This document shows positions 34,959 through 50,962 of a stretch of DNA of 64,000 nucleotides, piece by piece. The translations under genes were made by a program, and so were the position numbers. Below the pieces are notes generated by a model. The model saw only the letters and a program-made list of their open reading frames with translations. It was not told the DNA's origin and did not search any database. This DNA comes from Chrysomallon squamiferum (taxonomy: Eukaryota; Animalia; Mollusca), in contig CM022670.1 in assembly GCA_012295275.1 (NCBI GenBank), forward strand, positions 8,432,001 through 8,496,000, given 5' to 3'. Position 1 is the stretch's first letter. Every line of letters begins with the position of its first letter.

Positions 34959-35859
34959 TATTTAAACAATATTAATCGCTTTCCAAATAATCTGGAACAG
35001 TTCATTATAATGACTGAGATAAAGACATGCATGTCAATAAGACCACTGAACCACATTTAGACTTTCGACGAAATGGGAATTCTACCAGATGGGCGTAAGA
35101 CTCAGACACACACTCATACACACAAGCACACGCGCAAACAAGTACGCACACAAGCACACGCGCGAACCAGTACGCACACACACACACATATAGACACACA
35201 CAGAGACGGACAAAAAAACAAACAAAAAAAAACTAATTTCATTGGAGAAAAAATATTACGGTTCACAGCTGCAAACACAATGTATAATGTAACAATATTT
35301 TTGATATCGGTTTTCACATATATAAGAGGACAATGTTCTGTACACTACGTGAATACAGCTGGCGCATATAACAACAACAACAACAACAACAACAACAATA
35401 ATAATAATAATAATAATAATAATGATAATAATAGATATATTAATAATAATATTCAAATTACGCAATTTGAGTTCAATTGAATAAAAATAAAAAGCGCGGA
35501 TATGGCTGAAGTAACAAATTTGGTTACACAATTTCAATTCAATAGTATAACAATAAAAGAAATGGATGTAATTAAATACAATTTGTTACGCAATCTGAAT
35601 TCCCTGACATGAGTCACGTCACTATTTCTCGAAAAAGGACCCAGATGTCTCTATACGTGTATGTATATATATATATACTAGTAGATACTGGACGGCATTA
35701 GGGATTTTTGCATAATACAGCTCTCATGGATATAAGGCTGATATTTATACTGGTTATATCACACTTAGGTTTCTCTCAAGAAACAGTAAGTACTAGTTTA
35801 TATTGTACGTTATAATCAATAATATGTGTGTAAGTGAAACACTGTTTAGAAAGTATCCT

Positions 35860-37770
35860 TTCTACAAAAAGTCAACTTCAACGTGGCAGCGATTGTAAAT
35901 TATTGGGAAATTTATTTTATCTCTCTCTTTACATTTGCCCGAGTCAACATTTATTCCAAATGGTTTTGGGGTTTGTAACGTGCGAATCCGAAACGCTTCT
36001 CGTTCAAGTCTAAGACGGTGAGTTTCAATTTTTGACTTGAGAATGGGCGTTTGTTCTATTGGGATTATTTCAAAATGATCCTCCAATATTTGACCAGGTA
36101 GATTAAAATGTTTGGCGACAGGAATGTCAACTTCCTGCCTAATATCGTATTTGTGACAAGCAGTTCTAACTCGTAACATAGTTTGTTAAATATTGTCAAA
36201 TACACAACATTTTCGGAATAGCACTTTTTGTTTTCCGCTACTGAACGTAGACAGAGATTTTATTATGTTGTGAAGCCTGCATCTGGTCTTTTTGCAGATC
36301 GACGTAGATCCGGTACCCAAGTAAGGTGGAGTATTATGTTGCATTTTATATGGTTTTAATATGTGCTTTGGATGCAAGTGTTTTTCTAATTCTATGACGA
36401 TTTCAGATTTAACTTTCCTTAGAACTCGTTTGGCGTAACCTCTCCATTTCAGAGCGCAAAATAGAACTGAACAGGCGTTCTTAAAATTTTCTTTGTTACT
36501 CGAATTTCTGTGGAACCTAATGACTTGAGATTTAACGATATCTTTAAATATATGATGGGGATGAAATGATTTAAAATGCAGTAGTTGGTGGGTGTCCGTG
36601 GGTTTAAAAAATACTTTATAATCTAAATAATTTGATTTTTCAAACTGTATACTTTGTAAATGGTTAATTCCAAAAAGTCTACCGTTTGATTTGATATTGT
36701 GGCTTAAAGTTTTATATTATCATTTTGTTGATTTAATAATTTAAAAAATATCGATAATTCGTCTTCAGAATGTTGCCAGATAATAAGAATGTTATCTAGA
36801 TATCTGAGATATATAAATGGTTTCTTGGTTGCTGTGTTTAGTGCCGCTTTTTCCCATTGTGCGATATAAACAGAGGCAACATTTTGGCTGAAACGATTGC
36901 TCAAGGCGCACCACAAACCTGCTGATACATTTCCCCGTTATATTCAAAGTCATTGCCCTTTAAGTTTAATTCAAATAATTCATTAATGCACAGAGATGCA
37001 GGCATAGAATCAGTTGGTCTGTCTGTGTATGGATATTTTACGAACGCTCTCTCAACTGATTCTATGCCTGCATCTCTGTTTATGATAGTGTACATGGAAT
37101 CAGTATCCAGGGTGACTAAAAAGGAGTTTGGTGCTATTTTTGTTTTAAATATTTTAGATGAAAAATCATCTGTATTTTTAACAAAACTAGAATGGCAATC
37201 TGCAATTGGTTTTGAATAAGAGTCAATGTATTCGGAAATGTTATAAGATTCCGATCCACAATCAGAGATGACTGGTCGACCTGGTAGTGTGTTAATAGCT
37301 GTCCATGTTTCAGCTGGCTTGTGTATCTTTGGGAGTAAATAAAATTTCTAGACTGGGAATCAAATCGTGATGCAAGATAGTTCATCTGGTGTTTTTTTAA
37401 TTTATATGACCTTTTTCCTGTAGACGAACAATAATTGTGGTAATTTATTTTTATTGGTTGGCCAAATGGCTTCGTCCAGTTTTATTATTATTTTTTTTTA
37501 ATAATATTTCGTATTATTTAGCTGAATGTGGGCTTCGCGGATATAATTTTCCCTTGACAAAATAAGAGTTGCTGATCCGTGGTCTACGTATAATTTTCTG
37601 TACGTTTTAAAGATCTCGGGATCAATTTTTGACTTTTTGAACCGGAAATTTCTGTGAATGGTATTTTTTCTTCACTTGAGTTTCTAAAATAACCGACTAC
37701 TTTCATCTTACATTCCTTGGACTGAGGGCGAATGGGTACCACACGTTCGAGTCTCGTCAGCGGCATCTGA
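35860..37770 (-). mobile_element. Decayed Penelope-like retroelement, copy 2
   Basis: ORF fragments 35862-36179 (GIY-YIG), 36704-37095 (RT, PFIYLRYLDNIL) and 37134-37385; same flanks as the 4-6 kb copy. Confidence 0.85.
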
Positions 37771-38228
37771 GGGGATTGTGAGGTCGTGATTGGACATTGT
37801 CCTCCTGTGCCAATGCGTTCCCGAATATTGTCTATGTACAGAGTCTATTCAGACGTACATACGACAGGGAATATTCAAAATCCTGAACTACATGCTTGCC
37901 AGTGCCAGATTCCCAACAAGAAAAACACAAAAAAAATAGATGCGCACAAAAATGATAAAAGACAAAGAACGCCGTGTCTCTAGGGAAGCGATGATTATGC
38001 TCGGTTATTGGGCAACATATTTTTTTCGGGGTTCATGGTTAAATCACTTCATAGAAAATGTTACAGATGATATGTATAGTCCAACGCTTATGTTTTAACT
38101 AATCCTGATGTAGAGCACAATAAAATGTGCACAATAAAGTGATATCAATATTATCTGACTATACAGATTAACTGTAACATACACACACACACATATATAT
38201 ATAAGTTAATATATTTTATTACTTACAG

Positions 38229-40408
38229 GTGAATAACAACAATGGTAAGTTTCTATTTAATTACTTAACTTCAGTTGGAAAAGTAATACATGGGTATTGA
38301 ATAGATTTGACCTTATCATAACTATTATCTCAATATCTTACGCTAAAAGTATTATTACATTAGCTTATCTTACCTTATCTTCTGTTATCTTTTGTTATCC
38401 TATTCTGTTGTGTCAAATGTATTTTAACTGACCAAACGTTATCTATTGCTTCCTCCCGTTTTATGTTATCATGGCTTATTTTATCATGTAATTTACCTGA
38501 TTTTATTTTACTTTGTGTTATTATTATCATAATCATCATCATTATCATTATCATCTTCGTTATCATCATCATCCTCTTCATCTTCATCATGGTAATCACC
38601 ATCGTCCCCCTTCTTCCCCTTCGTTTTCTTCTTGTTTTTTGTTTTTTCTTATTGTTGTTTTTGTTCAGATGTAATAAAATATAATATATCTGTTTACGTG
38701 AGTGAAATACCATTTTTTATAATACTGGTAGGAGGGCAATCCACGAACAAACCCAAAGACAAGAATGATGCAATGAATGAAACAAGAATGAAACAAAAAA
38801 GTAGAAAAACTATTTGAGTCAGTTACTAAAAATATGTCCAGTCGTTGTGAGACCGCTGTTTATTTTTATTAGTATCATTTCTGTTATTGCTGCTCTTGTT
38901 GATATTGTTGTTGTTCATATTATTATTATTATTATTAATATTATTGTTGTTATTATTATTGTTATTGTTACTATTGTTATTATTATTATTACTGTCATTA
39001 TTATTGTCATTATTTTTACTAGTACTACTATTATGTAGAAAACTTAAATTTTTATAACACTATAATATTCATAACAAAAGCTCAAATTAATTAAAAGTAA
39101 CAGTCTTTTCTGTGATCGTAAACTCGATCAAGGAATTTTTCACCGGTTGTTGACCTAGTACTATTTTTTTTTGTATTATTGATTATTATTTATTTAGTGG
39201 TACTTTGACTTACGAGTTTAATTCGTATCGTGACCCAGTTCATAATTCAATTTGCTCGTATATTAATTGAAATTAATTGAAATACCATTAATCCGTTCCA
39301 GCCCTCCAAAACTACTCCATTTCGTTTCAGCGTGTTTTTAATTAAGAAAAATGTATTTATAAATAGAGGATGCAAAGAAATAAATTGGTTTTATCTTGGA
39401 GATGAGGCAAATTATTTTAACGCCTTTGGCTGAGTAACAACCTTTATCGACTGCTTCTGCTTTTGTACGGTACTTATCTAGTACTGCCTAGCCAAGTCGA
39501 CTATATGCACACCTAGCTCATGTTTCTCTATGATTTCATGCTTTAATTCAATGGACATCATCTGCTTCTTCTTCTGAGCACTTTCTTTTGCACTCACTTT
39601 CATACGATCGATGGTCAGAAAGAAAAGAAAACTTGGCAAAACACTGCACAAAACGGGAACACAACACAAAAGAGATGTTTCCGCGGCGAGTAAACGACGG
39701 GAAGGAAACGAATGAGAGTCGGGATGCTGGACAAATGTTGTGTTGTTTGTTGTACCAACTAGAGCCGGCGTAGCCGAAGCTCACTCGTAACTCGGATTTC
39801 GGCTCGCAAATCAAAGCAAAAAATCGATCAAGCGATTGCTCGTAACTCGGAAAACTCGTAATCTGGGGCACTCGTAAGTCAAGATATCACTGTATTTTAT
39901 TTTTACATATTTTCTGACGGTAAACTTTTGGTATGAAAATGATTCACTTAAAATTTATTTTAATACAAATAGGAAATTTGAAAGTGATAAATATTCACCA
40001 TAATTGTTTTCTAAAATTATCTTTTAAGCTTCCGGTATTTATCAGTCATTCTATCGTTGTTTGTTTGTTTGGTTCTTTATTTTTTCCAACACTCAGTTTC
40101 CTCTTCTTTTTCGCTTTTTCTAGAAGAGAAAAAGAAATTCTGGACAAATACTTTTAATATGATAGACTACTATTTTTGAAAATACATTAATTTTACAGTT
40201 TAAAATCAAAGCATTTCTTCATCTGTCTAAACAACAACACAAATTCCTGACATTCACTAGTTTAAACTTTCAAATTTGTTCAAAGGCAACAATGGAAATG
40301 GACACTGGTCAGTGTGTATAACATTTACAAATATCACTGCCCACTAGTCGGGCAAATTATTATTATTACAGGAGTTATAGTTGCTGTTGTTTCTATTGTT
40401 ATTGTTTC

Positions 40409-40440
<32 letters not shown>

Positions 40441-42767
40441 GTTTTTTCATACACTTTAGATATATCTATTCTTGTTTTCACAGCCGATGTAGGAAACTGT
40501 AGGATAATTCCTGGTAATCCCAATGCAATTGCTATAGCAAAGTATAACGGTGTTACTCAAAAGGTTCGCAGCTGCGTCAACAACGTCGAACATGGAAAAT
40601 ATGATGTCGACGTCCTCCGCATCTACAAGGGTAATGTTCACAGGAGACTTGGTTCAGCGGGAACGACAAATGTGTACATCAAAGGAGAAAGCTCAAAACC
40701 TGTTGTTTTAGTTTTATTAAGTTATCAACCAGTGAAATGGGTCATTCATTGTGACAGCTATGTCAAAATGCATGCTGTACAGATGGTGTTTGTATGTATA
40801 TTTATTTCATTTGTCTCATTATTTGCTCATTGATTCATCAATCAGTTACTAACACTATGAGTCAGTAAGTCATTGTTAGTCAGTAACAGCTCAGTTAGTA
40901 ACCTAGTCAGTGTTTGTTGAAACCAATTAGTAGTTAACTAATCATTTGGTCAGTGTATGGATAAATCAGCCAAAAGTCGAGTTAGTGAAATGGAACATTT
41001 CATTTTTACACAATTAGATGGTAAACTGTAATTAGTTAGCGAAAAATGTTATCCACACATTTGTGAACGTGACGCTTTAAACAAGTTTGAAATAATTCCT
41101 TTCAGTTCACCTATTACCACACCATCAGCTCTGTGGATGTCAGTCACGTGGATAACTCAGCGTCAGTTATTATTGAAAAGACGAGAAGATCATCTGCGAC
41201 TGTTTACGACTCAGGAGATGGAGTCACAGTCGGCTTCTTGAAGTATGTCAACTCTAGATGGGGATCTGTCAAATCATTTTCCGAATGTTACAGAGCGGAT
41301 GAGTGGACTCTCAAAGTATCCAGAGTGGAAGAGGAACCTAAAGGTAAGATTTCTAGTTTTAATTACGACACAGAGAGATATACACACATAGACAGAGACA
41401 AACAAAGATAATAGAAATATAGATAGACGTTTTACAGTAAAGATAAAAGAAATATAGATAGATATTTTATAGTGAGACAGAAAATTAGAGAGTAAACGAA
41501 AGTGAGAGACGGTGAAAGCAAAATACATAAAAAAGAAGGAAACGAAAAAGGAATACTAGACACAAAAATTTGTGACAGCGATTCCTCATTTTATGTCGAA
41601 TTATCTATTAATAAATCTGTAAAATATCTGAGATTACAACAAAATATACATTTTATAAGCAAATAGAAATTTCTCACATGATACTGAAAAAATGACTGTA
41701 ACAATAATTTATTTTATTTCAGTGGCAAACTGTCTGAATTCAAAAGACTGCTGGGTGCAGCACGATTTTCAGTTTGAAGATAACTGGAACGATTGTCATG
41801 GAAAACAATACGTGAGAAAAACCACTTACAAAGTCGGGAGATATGTTGGAGTAGTTCTGTGTTCATCTACCAGGTATTCATGTGTATCTCTCTAAATCTC
41901 TCTCACTCACGATGTCTCTTGCTGTAACATACATATACACACGTACACGCACACATGTGCAGATCCAATATTCTGACCACTACAGTTGTATTTTGCAGAT
42001 ATAAGCTGTTTTTGTCTGACTCGCTCAGTGACCGTTTTCTCAACATCGGAGACGGCAGTGGACATGGTCAGGATCATTGTGAGTTTATAGGAAGCAAAAA
42101 TGATGCAACTTCTATAGACAACAATTTCTTGAATTCGCCAGGAACTATAGGTCAGATTTTCTTTTAAAAGAAACTTTTTAAGAGGCACATTTCTGTGAGA
42201 AACATTTTTTTAAATTGTTACAAATTGATTGAAAACGGTAATACAGAATTGTTTTAAAGGGTGTCTGGAATTCATATTTTAGTGTTTAAACCGACATTTA
42301 TTGATAACAATATATAATAAATGTAATTCTGATTCAGTTATTTATATCGTTTTAGGATACATACGATCAAGGCGTGGTGAAACGCCTGCCAAAGGCAGAA
42401 TTGGGGGAGGCATTGGATACTCGTGGACTGGATATTATTATGGAAAATGGATAGAATGTGGAGTCAGGATTCCAGGAGACAGCAGAGTGGTTTTATCATC
42501 TGATACAAAACGTAATTCGTCTTTTCTTAAACCATCTTCTTTCTAACACCGATCTTTCATAACGAATATATACAAGCTGGAACGGGAAATATCTCAGATG
42601 TACACAAATACCTGACATACACTTGGTTTACACTTTCAACAATTTTCAAAGGCGATGGAAATGGACACTGGTCAGTGTGTATAACATTTACAAATATCAC
42701 TGCCCACGAGTCGGGCAAATTATTATTATTACAGGTGTTATTGTTGATGTTGTTTCTGTTGTTACTG

Positions 42768-42806
<39 letters not shown>

Positions 42807-45804
42807 GATTTCTCAGACACTTTAGATATATCTATTCTTGTTTTCACAGTCGATGTAGGAAACTGTAGGATAATTCCTGGTAATCCCAGTGCAATTGCTA
42901 TAGCAGAGTATAACGGTGTTACTCAAAAGGTCCGCAGCTGCGTCAACAACGTCGAACATGGGAGATATGATGTCCATGTCCTCGGCCACTACGAGGTTAA
43001 TGTTCACACAAGACCTGCATCAGCGGGAACGACAAATGTGTACATCAAAGGAGAAAGCTCAAAACCTGTTGTTTTAGTTTTGTCAAGTTATGAACCAGTG
43101 AAATGGGTCATTCATTGTGACAGCCGTGTCAAAATGCATGCTGTACAGATGGTATATTTTTGTTTGTTTGTTTGTATGTTTATTTATTTCATTTTTCTTC
43201 ACAAGTATTTACTCATTCATTCATGAATCAGTTACTAACAATGTGAGTCAGTAAGTCATTGTCAGTCAGTAACAGCTCAGTTAGTAACCTAGTCATTGTT
43301 TGGAGAAACCAATTAGTAGTTTACTAATCATTTGGTCAGTGTATAGATAAGTCAGTCAAAAGATGAGTTAGTGAAATGGAACATTTCATTTTTACACAAT
43401 TAGATGGTAAACTGTAATTTGTTAGCGAAAAATGTTTTTCATACATTTGTGAACTTGATGCTTTAAACAACTTTGAAATAATTCCTTTCAGTTCAGCTAT
43501 TACCACATCATCAGCTCTGTGGATGTCAGTCACGTGGATAACTCAGCGTCAGTTATTATTGAGAAGACGAGAAGATCATCTGCGACTGTTGACGACTCAG
43601 GAGGTGGAGACACAGCCAACTTGTTGAAGTATGTCGACTCTAGATGGGGATCTGTCAAATCATTTTCCGAATGTTACAGAGCGGATGAGTGGACTCTCAA
43701 AGTATCCAAAGTGGAAGAGAAACCTAAAGGAAACGGCTCAGTCAAATCATCGGCAGGTAAGGTTTCTAGTCTTAATTACGACACGGAGAGATATACACAC
43801 ATAGACACAGGCAAAGAAAGATCATAGAAATATAGACAGATATTTTACAGTAAAGATAATAGAAATAAACGAAAGTGACAGACGGTGTAAGCAAAAAAAA
43901 AAAAAAAAAAAAAAAAAGAGAGCCTGAAAGAAGGAAACGAAAAAGGAATACTAGACACAAAGATTTGTGACAGCGATTCCTCAATTCATGTCGAATTATC
44001 TATTAATAAATCTGTAAAATATTTGAGATTACAACAAAATCTACATTTTATAAGCAAATAGAAATTTAAGTTGTAATATATATTTTTATAATTAAGATTT
44101 GAAAAAGAAGGAAATATAATTTTTATTTTTATTAATTAACACAGATGCTGAAGTACAGCAAACATTTTCTTCTTTTATTTCTTCTTCTTCTTCTTCTTCT
44201 TCTTCTTCTTCTTCTGATTATTATTATTATTAGCATGTATGTCAATGTATATATGTGTGAGATAACTATACTGTCACTCTCTCTCTCTCTCTCTGTCTCT
44301 CTGTCTATATGAGAGCATGCATCCATGTATATTTGTATGTATGTATGAATGTTGTTTGTAAGTATGTGTGTATCTGTTTCCATGTGTACGTATGTTTATT
44401 TTATTTCATTTCATTCTATTATTGTTTTATTTTCTGTTTTTAAAAGTTGTAATATATATTTTATAATTAAGATTTGAAAAAGATCGAAATATAATTTAAG
44501 ACTGTATTTATTTCTGACTGTATTTACATTTATTATTTTTACAGAGCTAACTACTACAACGACACCAACCACTCCAAGTATTTATTTTAAAACTATCTCT
44601 CTGTGAGCCAAGAATTCTCTGTCTCTGTCGCCTTTGTCTCTTTATTCCTCTTTCTCACTTTATCGCTCTGTCTCCCTCCCCGAGTCTCTCTCTTTCTCTT
44701 TCTCTACACGCACATCATATCGAATGTATGTATGTCAATGTATATATGTGTGAGATAACTATACTGTAATTCTCTCTCTCTGTCTCCCTCTCTCTCTCTC
44801 TCTCTCTGTGGGTCTGTCTCTCTTACTCTTTCTCTCTCTGTCTGTCTGTCTGTCTGTCTGTCTGTATAAGAGCATGCATACATATAGGTGTACATGCATG
44901 TACGTTTGTATGTATGTGTGAATGGTGTTTATAAAGATGTGTTTATATGTGTTTCCATGTGTACGTATGTATGTAAGTATATAGATGTATATTCTGTTTC
45001 TAAACATTTATTACAATCATTTAAAGCTACTCGATGCCTGGGAACGTATTGTCCGGGTTCGGATACGAGTGGAGCCAAATGTGTCAACGGATACTGTGTT
45101 TGTACAAAATCTGGATACAACTACTATACGTGCCTACGTATGCATTATTTATAATTAAATGTATCTGTTCACACAAGATCATGTTCATACACAAACATAC
45201 AAATACACATACATACACACATATACATATACACACATGCACATACTCAGATATGCAAACATAAATATAGAGACGCACCTGCACATAAACACACAGACAC
45301 ATTCACACAGAGTCTGAGTCAGAGGCAAAATTTAGAACGGGAAATACTCCGAATCGATAAAGTAAAGGAACATAGTTGAAATATTTTAAAATTATATTTA
45401 CAGCTGACTATGCTGGTTGTTTAGTACAAAGAAACAAGGAAACCAGGGCTGTTCCATCTTATCACGGCAGAAAGCGATCGTCTGTGTATGGTTGTATCAA
45501 CAAAAGCAGTCTGAATCTGTCGCCCGAAGTTCATGTACTTGGATGCTATGAGAACATCGTTCGAAGGCCACCTAAAGCTGGAACTATAATTGTGGACATT
45601 GTGGGACACACAACCAAACCTGTTGTTCTGTTTTGACCTCTTATGAACCTGTAGCCTGGAGGATTAATGTGCCTGCTGGAATCACTATCCAGAAAATCAT
45701 GCTGGTAAAATTTCTCTAATTTTCAAAATGCTTGTGTAGATGTTAATTAATAAAAGTTTTTTGGAAAGAAGTTTTGGAATCTCATCACTTTGTAATAATA
45801 TCTG

Positions 45805-45836
<32 letters not shown>

Positions 45837-46377
45837 TATCATTTTTTCGGTTAGCAGTAATGTATATTTATGTATAACCTTTGATCAAGTAGACTTTGTA
45901 ATAATATCTGTAATATACTTTATATTCATATATATATATATATATATATATAAAGCCTACACATCACTGTGTAGAGTCATTTTATCGGTTAGCAGTAACG
46001 TGTATTTACATATATTTTTTGATCAAGTTGACTAATAAAGTGATTTTGATCTGCTAGGTAAAATGGGAAATAGCTTGATGTCTGTGTGTGTTTACATGCA
46101 GTATGTGTTTCCATATTTAAAACATTATGTGTTGAAAAGAAATTGTTTTGCTTTCTTGCAGTATTCTTACTATCTGGATCAGAGTTCTGTAAGCGTGAAT
46201 GGTGGATCAAACCCTCCAGTTGAGAAAAGCAGAGAGAGTTTCTATGGATATGGTCGTGACAGAGGCGGAGGTCAGACACTCAAGTTCTTGGCTGAAGTGA
46301 AGAAACTCTTTGGTCATGTGACTTCCTTTTCTGGAACCTACAAAGTTGACCACTGGTCACTCACGGTGGGCATCTAG
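38229..46377 (+). pseudogene. Cassette D (V-[C1 deleted]-B-T-B-L-C2-B'); leaderless, -1 frameshift in B'
   Basis: Exons 38229-38244, 40484-40785, 41106-41343, 41723-41873, 41999-42150, 42356-42511, 42850-43151, 43492-43756, 44545-44577, 45027-45137, 45404-45704 (301 versus 302 nt), 46162-46377 (TAG). Conserved motif altered (VDVLRIYKG versus VHVLGNYEG). Confidence 0.7.
39195..39892 (-). mobile_element. Tigger-like non-autonomous element with both TIRs
   Basis: tagtggtactttgacttacgagt ... actcgtaagtcaagatatcactg+ta; relic KVSAKESAQKKKQMMSIELKHEIIEKHELGVHIVDLARQY. Confidence 0.85.
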
Positions 46378-46465
46378 CTTATCACTTGACTGTATAAAGT
46401 CTCTGTTGTGCGACTGTCTAACGAATATTTTAATCAGAGTAATAATCATGAGTTCTTGTTCAATA

Positions 46466-47438
46466 CAGTCAAACCTCTTTATAACGGCTCCCAGGAAACA
46501 TCATCTATCTATCGCTCAAACATGTTAGAACATCGACCGCCTGTATTTAAATATATATAAATTTAACCCCTATTATCGCCCTCTGACCAGATATCCTCCA
46601 CAGTTCAACATTTCAGAAGTCAGACACTAGTGGAAACACGTAGTAAAACTACTCGAAAGCCTGCACCATTTGATCTTGTCGACGATCATGAAGACTTTGT
46701 AGATCATACTTTGTGAATGGAAATTTTAATTTTTTGTTTAAATATTTTGTAAATATTCAGAGGAAGTCTGTTTGGTATGGCAGTGACGAAAATACTTTTA
46801 AGTTGGTTCATTTTATATAATGAAATCGTCACAAATATCTGATTCATCTATTGTTACTTCCTGATTGCCAGCGACATAAGTGAAGAAACGAGGAACACTT
46901 CTGCTTTGTGACAGTGAACGGTCACTCGAGATCTAATATATAATTCAAAACAAAGTTTTCATACCTTGTAACAATTGTATTATTTTTTTAAATTAAGACT
47001 TCCCCGTTCAAATTGCATGTACTTCAATAACTGTATAAATAAACATGTTGAAAACCGCAATCAAGCCTCTTTCCGCATGCTTTGGCTTACAAAACAACAT
47101 GTATTGAAACCCTGATATCATTACCTTCGAAACAAATACATCATTCAGTTCTTCGAGAGAAAGTGAAGACAAAACAACAAGAGATATAAACAGTTCAACA
47201 ATCAGCGTTTTTTTCTTTGACACCCGTTTATCGAACTACCTAAATAAATCATCTATAACTCAACATACACTTTGTAATTCTGTAAGACAATCGTTCTAGC
47301 TCTTGGGTATTTTGAGGCCAGTCCTGATATTTGGTGTGTGTAGTACCTAATAATCTCAGAAAACATGTACCGTCCAGTTCATTATAAACACAAAAATCAA
47401 CTGAGCAACGGTATCAGTGTTATAAACTGGTTTGACTG
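46466..47438. mobile_element. TA-flanked MITE in the 3' UTR of cassette D (longer copy of 31613-32361)
   Basis: Same inverted termini and TA flanks. Confidence 0.75.
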
Positions 47439-47473
47439 TATTTCATGTTTTCTTATTTCTTACTTAAAAATTC

Positions 47474-47479
47474 AATAAA
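47474..47479 (+). terminator. Candidate polyadenylation signal (also 32407-32412)
   Basis: AATAAA just 3' of the UTR MITE, followed by GT/T-rich ttgtctttgtgc, present in cassettes C and D. AATAAA is common in AT-rich DNA, so this is tentative. Confidence 0.4.
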
Positions 47480-48323
47480 TTCACTGAGAAAGTATGAATA
47501 TTTCTTGTCTTTGTGCATACCTTTCCGTATTTAACAGATGATTGCTAGATCTCGTTCTTTCGAATCAGCTTATGCTTAAATAACATCTTTTCATATACAT
47601 ATTACTTTAACATGAAAAATGTTTCAATATTAAATTTTTGGCTTCCATTCACAACACACATACACATGCACAGATATGGACACAAAAATACATAGATGTA
47701 TACTACACACACTCACGCAGAGACACATATATACATACTTACACACACATACATACATACACACACATGCACACAGACACATACATACATACGCACACAT
47801 ATATATACATACACACATATACATACATACACACACATGCACACACATATACATACATACACACACATGCACACACACATACTTTCATACATACATACAT
47901 ATATGATGACCGTGTCATCCGTTACTATAGATGTTTTCTGAGACGTCGTCATCTGTGCCAAGTAATAGACCCCGGACACGACAACCTCTAAGAATTTATC
48001 ATAAATCGAAGTAGACGCCCACGGTGTTGTTTTCCCACGTTTCATCACTAATCTACTGATTTTAGATAAACTATCTCGTTTTTAGAGCGTTTTAAATTAA
48101 AGGATGAAGATCTTAAAACGTTTTAATATTAAGAATTAATTCTGTTTTTGTTTTCTTACCGTTAATACAGTCAAAATCAATTATTCTATTTCTATACACA
48201 AAATTTTCTGATTAATCTAAACTTTTTGAAAATAAAGATAAACATAAAGATAAATATGAAAACATGAAATTAATAGTGTTGAATACAATTTACTGATACG
48301 ATCAAACAACTAATAATAATCAC

Positions 48324-48366
<43 letters not shown>

Positions 48367-49267
48367 GTAATAATAATAATAATGACAACAATAAACAAAT
48401 AAATAAATAAATGTATTCTTTGTAAGTAATAAAAGATTCAAAACAAATAATTCTAGTGTCTGTGATCGAAGCACGTTATTCCTACTTAAACTGTACTGTT
48501 AAAACATTAAGTGTCTCTGGAACAGATGTAATTTATTCTTACTCAGCACTGTTCAAAGCTGACCTGTTTAATCTCAGGTGACAATATGATGCCACTAAAA
48601 TATTTCCCATAAAAAAGCATCCAGCAGTGAAATGACCAAAGCAACACGTTTATACGCTTATCCACATGACATATCTTGTTTTATGACAAAATAAAAACGT
48701 GCTATCCAAAACCACCATAAAAGCATTTTATATTCTCGGAAACAGTAGAAACTTTTGTTCAACATCCAACATTTTTTTTTTTTTTAAATACAAAAAAAAA
48801 AAAAATACAAAAAATACAAAAAAAAATTAATAATAATAATAATAAAGAAAAGGAAAATAAAATAAATATGTAAATTTAGATGACATTTTATATTAAGCTT
48901 TTTTTTTTGCTTTTTTTTTTTTTGCTTTTTTCTGTAAATTTTGTTTTAATGGATGGACGGAGCTGAGTAACGAATAAATGAATGTATGATGGAAGGATGT
49001 AAAATTGATGAATGAGCGCATAATAGCAAGAATAAATGGATGAATTAATGAATAATTTATTACAGAACCCAAAGCACATGTTTTTGGGTACTGAAAGAAT
49101 GAAAAGAGGAGTAGATGTAAATTATTATACATTTTCGATGTACTTAGGATATATTTATGTATGTATGTGTGTGTGTGTATATATATATATACACACAGAC
49201 ATACATACATAAACATATCCGAAGTAAAAAAAATTCTAAGTCTTTGCAAAAAATGAATTTCGACAGT

Positions 49268-49321
<54 letters not shown>

Positions 49322-50005
49322 CAATAATAATAATAATGGCAATAACAATGAAATTCACATTGTTCGTTTCTCTGTCAGTTTCTGTGAGTAACGTCAGTAT
49401 TGTTTTCAAATGACTGAACTCGCGTCGATTGTTTTCAAGTGAACAAATTCGTATCTCTCTATCTTATGTAAATGAATAAATAGTGTCTTGTTTCCGAGTG
49501 AAAATACTCCTGTTTCAGAACTGATTTAAACGAATAAACATTTACATCCATAATGATTTCAAATGATTTAACTTGTGTCAACTTATTAAATACTCCTGAA
49601 TAGTATTCCTTTACTCGTCAAACGGTAACCTAAAAGTAAATAAAAATATATGTTTTATTAATTAATTAATGTAAAAATGTAGCAAGGAGTTTAAAAAGAT
49701 GCAAATAATACTGAATAACATAAAACATAATAATCAATTAAATTAAATTAAATTTAATTAAAAATTAAATAAATAAATAAATACATAAAAGAATATATAA
49801 ATAAATAAATAACATTAACCAAAACCACAGCACCGATAATAATGACAACAACAATAAAATAGTGACGATAAATTAAAAACAATACCATGTTCAGCAGGAA
49901 TAAACTAATAATAAAATAACAACAATAACAGAAAATCAACAACAATAATAATAAAACAACATCCTATAATAAAAAATAGTATTAGTAATGGAAGTAGTAG
50001 TAGTA

Positions 50006-50057
<52 letters not shown>

Positions 50058-50587
50058 TAATAATAATAATGTATTAGTATTTGTTTGATCTATTTTATAA
50101 TCAGACAAACATCTAGTTGCTGGAGGCAAATGACCTGATGTTTTTAATCTTGGTGAAACCAGGCCCAGATAACCTTCTGGACGAGTGACCCAATAAACTT
50201 TTGTACTTTTACTTCTAATATTTAAATATACACATCACATATTTGTAGATCTTCACATTTCTGACATTTATATTAAATAATAGCAATAACAACAATAACC
50301 ACAAAAAACAACAATAACAACTACAACATCAGCAACAACAACAACAACAACAACAGTAATAATAATAATAATAATAATAACAATAATAATGTATTAGCAG
50401 TTGTTTTATCTGTTTTATAATCAGACAAACATCTAGTTGTTGGAGGTAAATGACCTGATGTTTTTAATCTTGGTGAAACCAGGCGGAGATAATGTTCTGC
50501 ACGAGTGAACCAATAAACTTTTACTTCTAATATTTAAATATACACATCACGTATCTGTAGGCCTTCACCTTTCTGACATTTATATTA

Positions 50588-50636
<49 letters not shown>

Positions 50637-50889
50637 GCAATAAAAATTATTTTAATAATAGCAGTAAAACCTTTTTTAATAATAATAATAAAAGTAATAA
50701 TAATAATAGAAATAATAATAGCAATTATGCTAATAATAATAGCTATAACAACAATAATAACAGCGATAATAACAACAGTAATAATAATAAAAATAGTAAT
50801 AATGATAATTATAATAAGAACAAACAACAACTACAACAACACTAATAATAATAATGATAAAAATTAACGACAACAACAACAACAACAAC

Positions 50890-50962
<73 letters not shown>

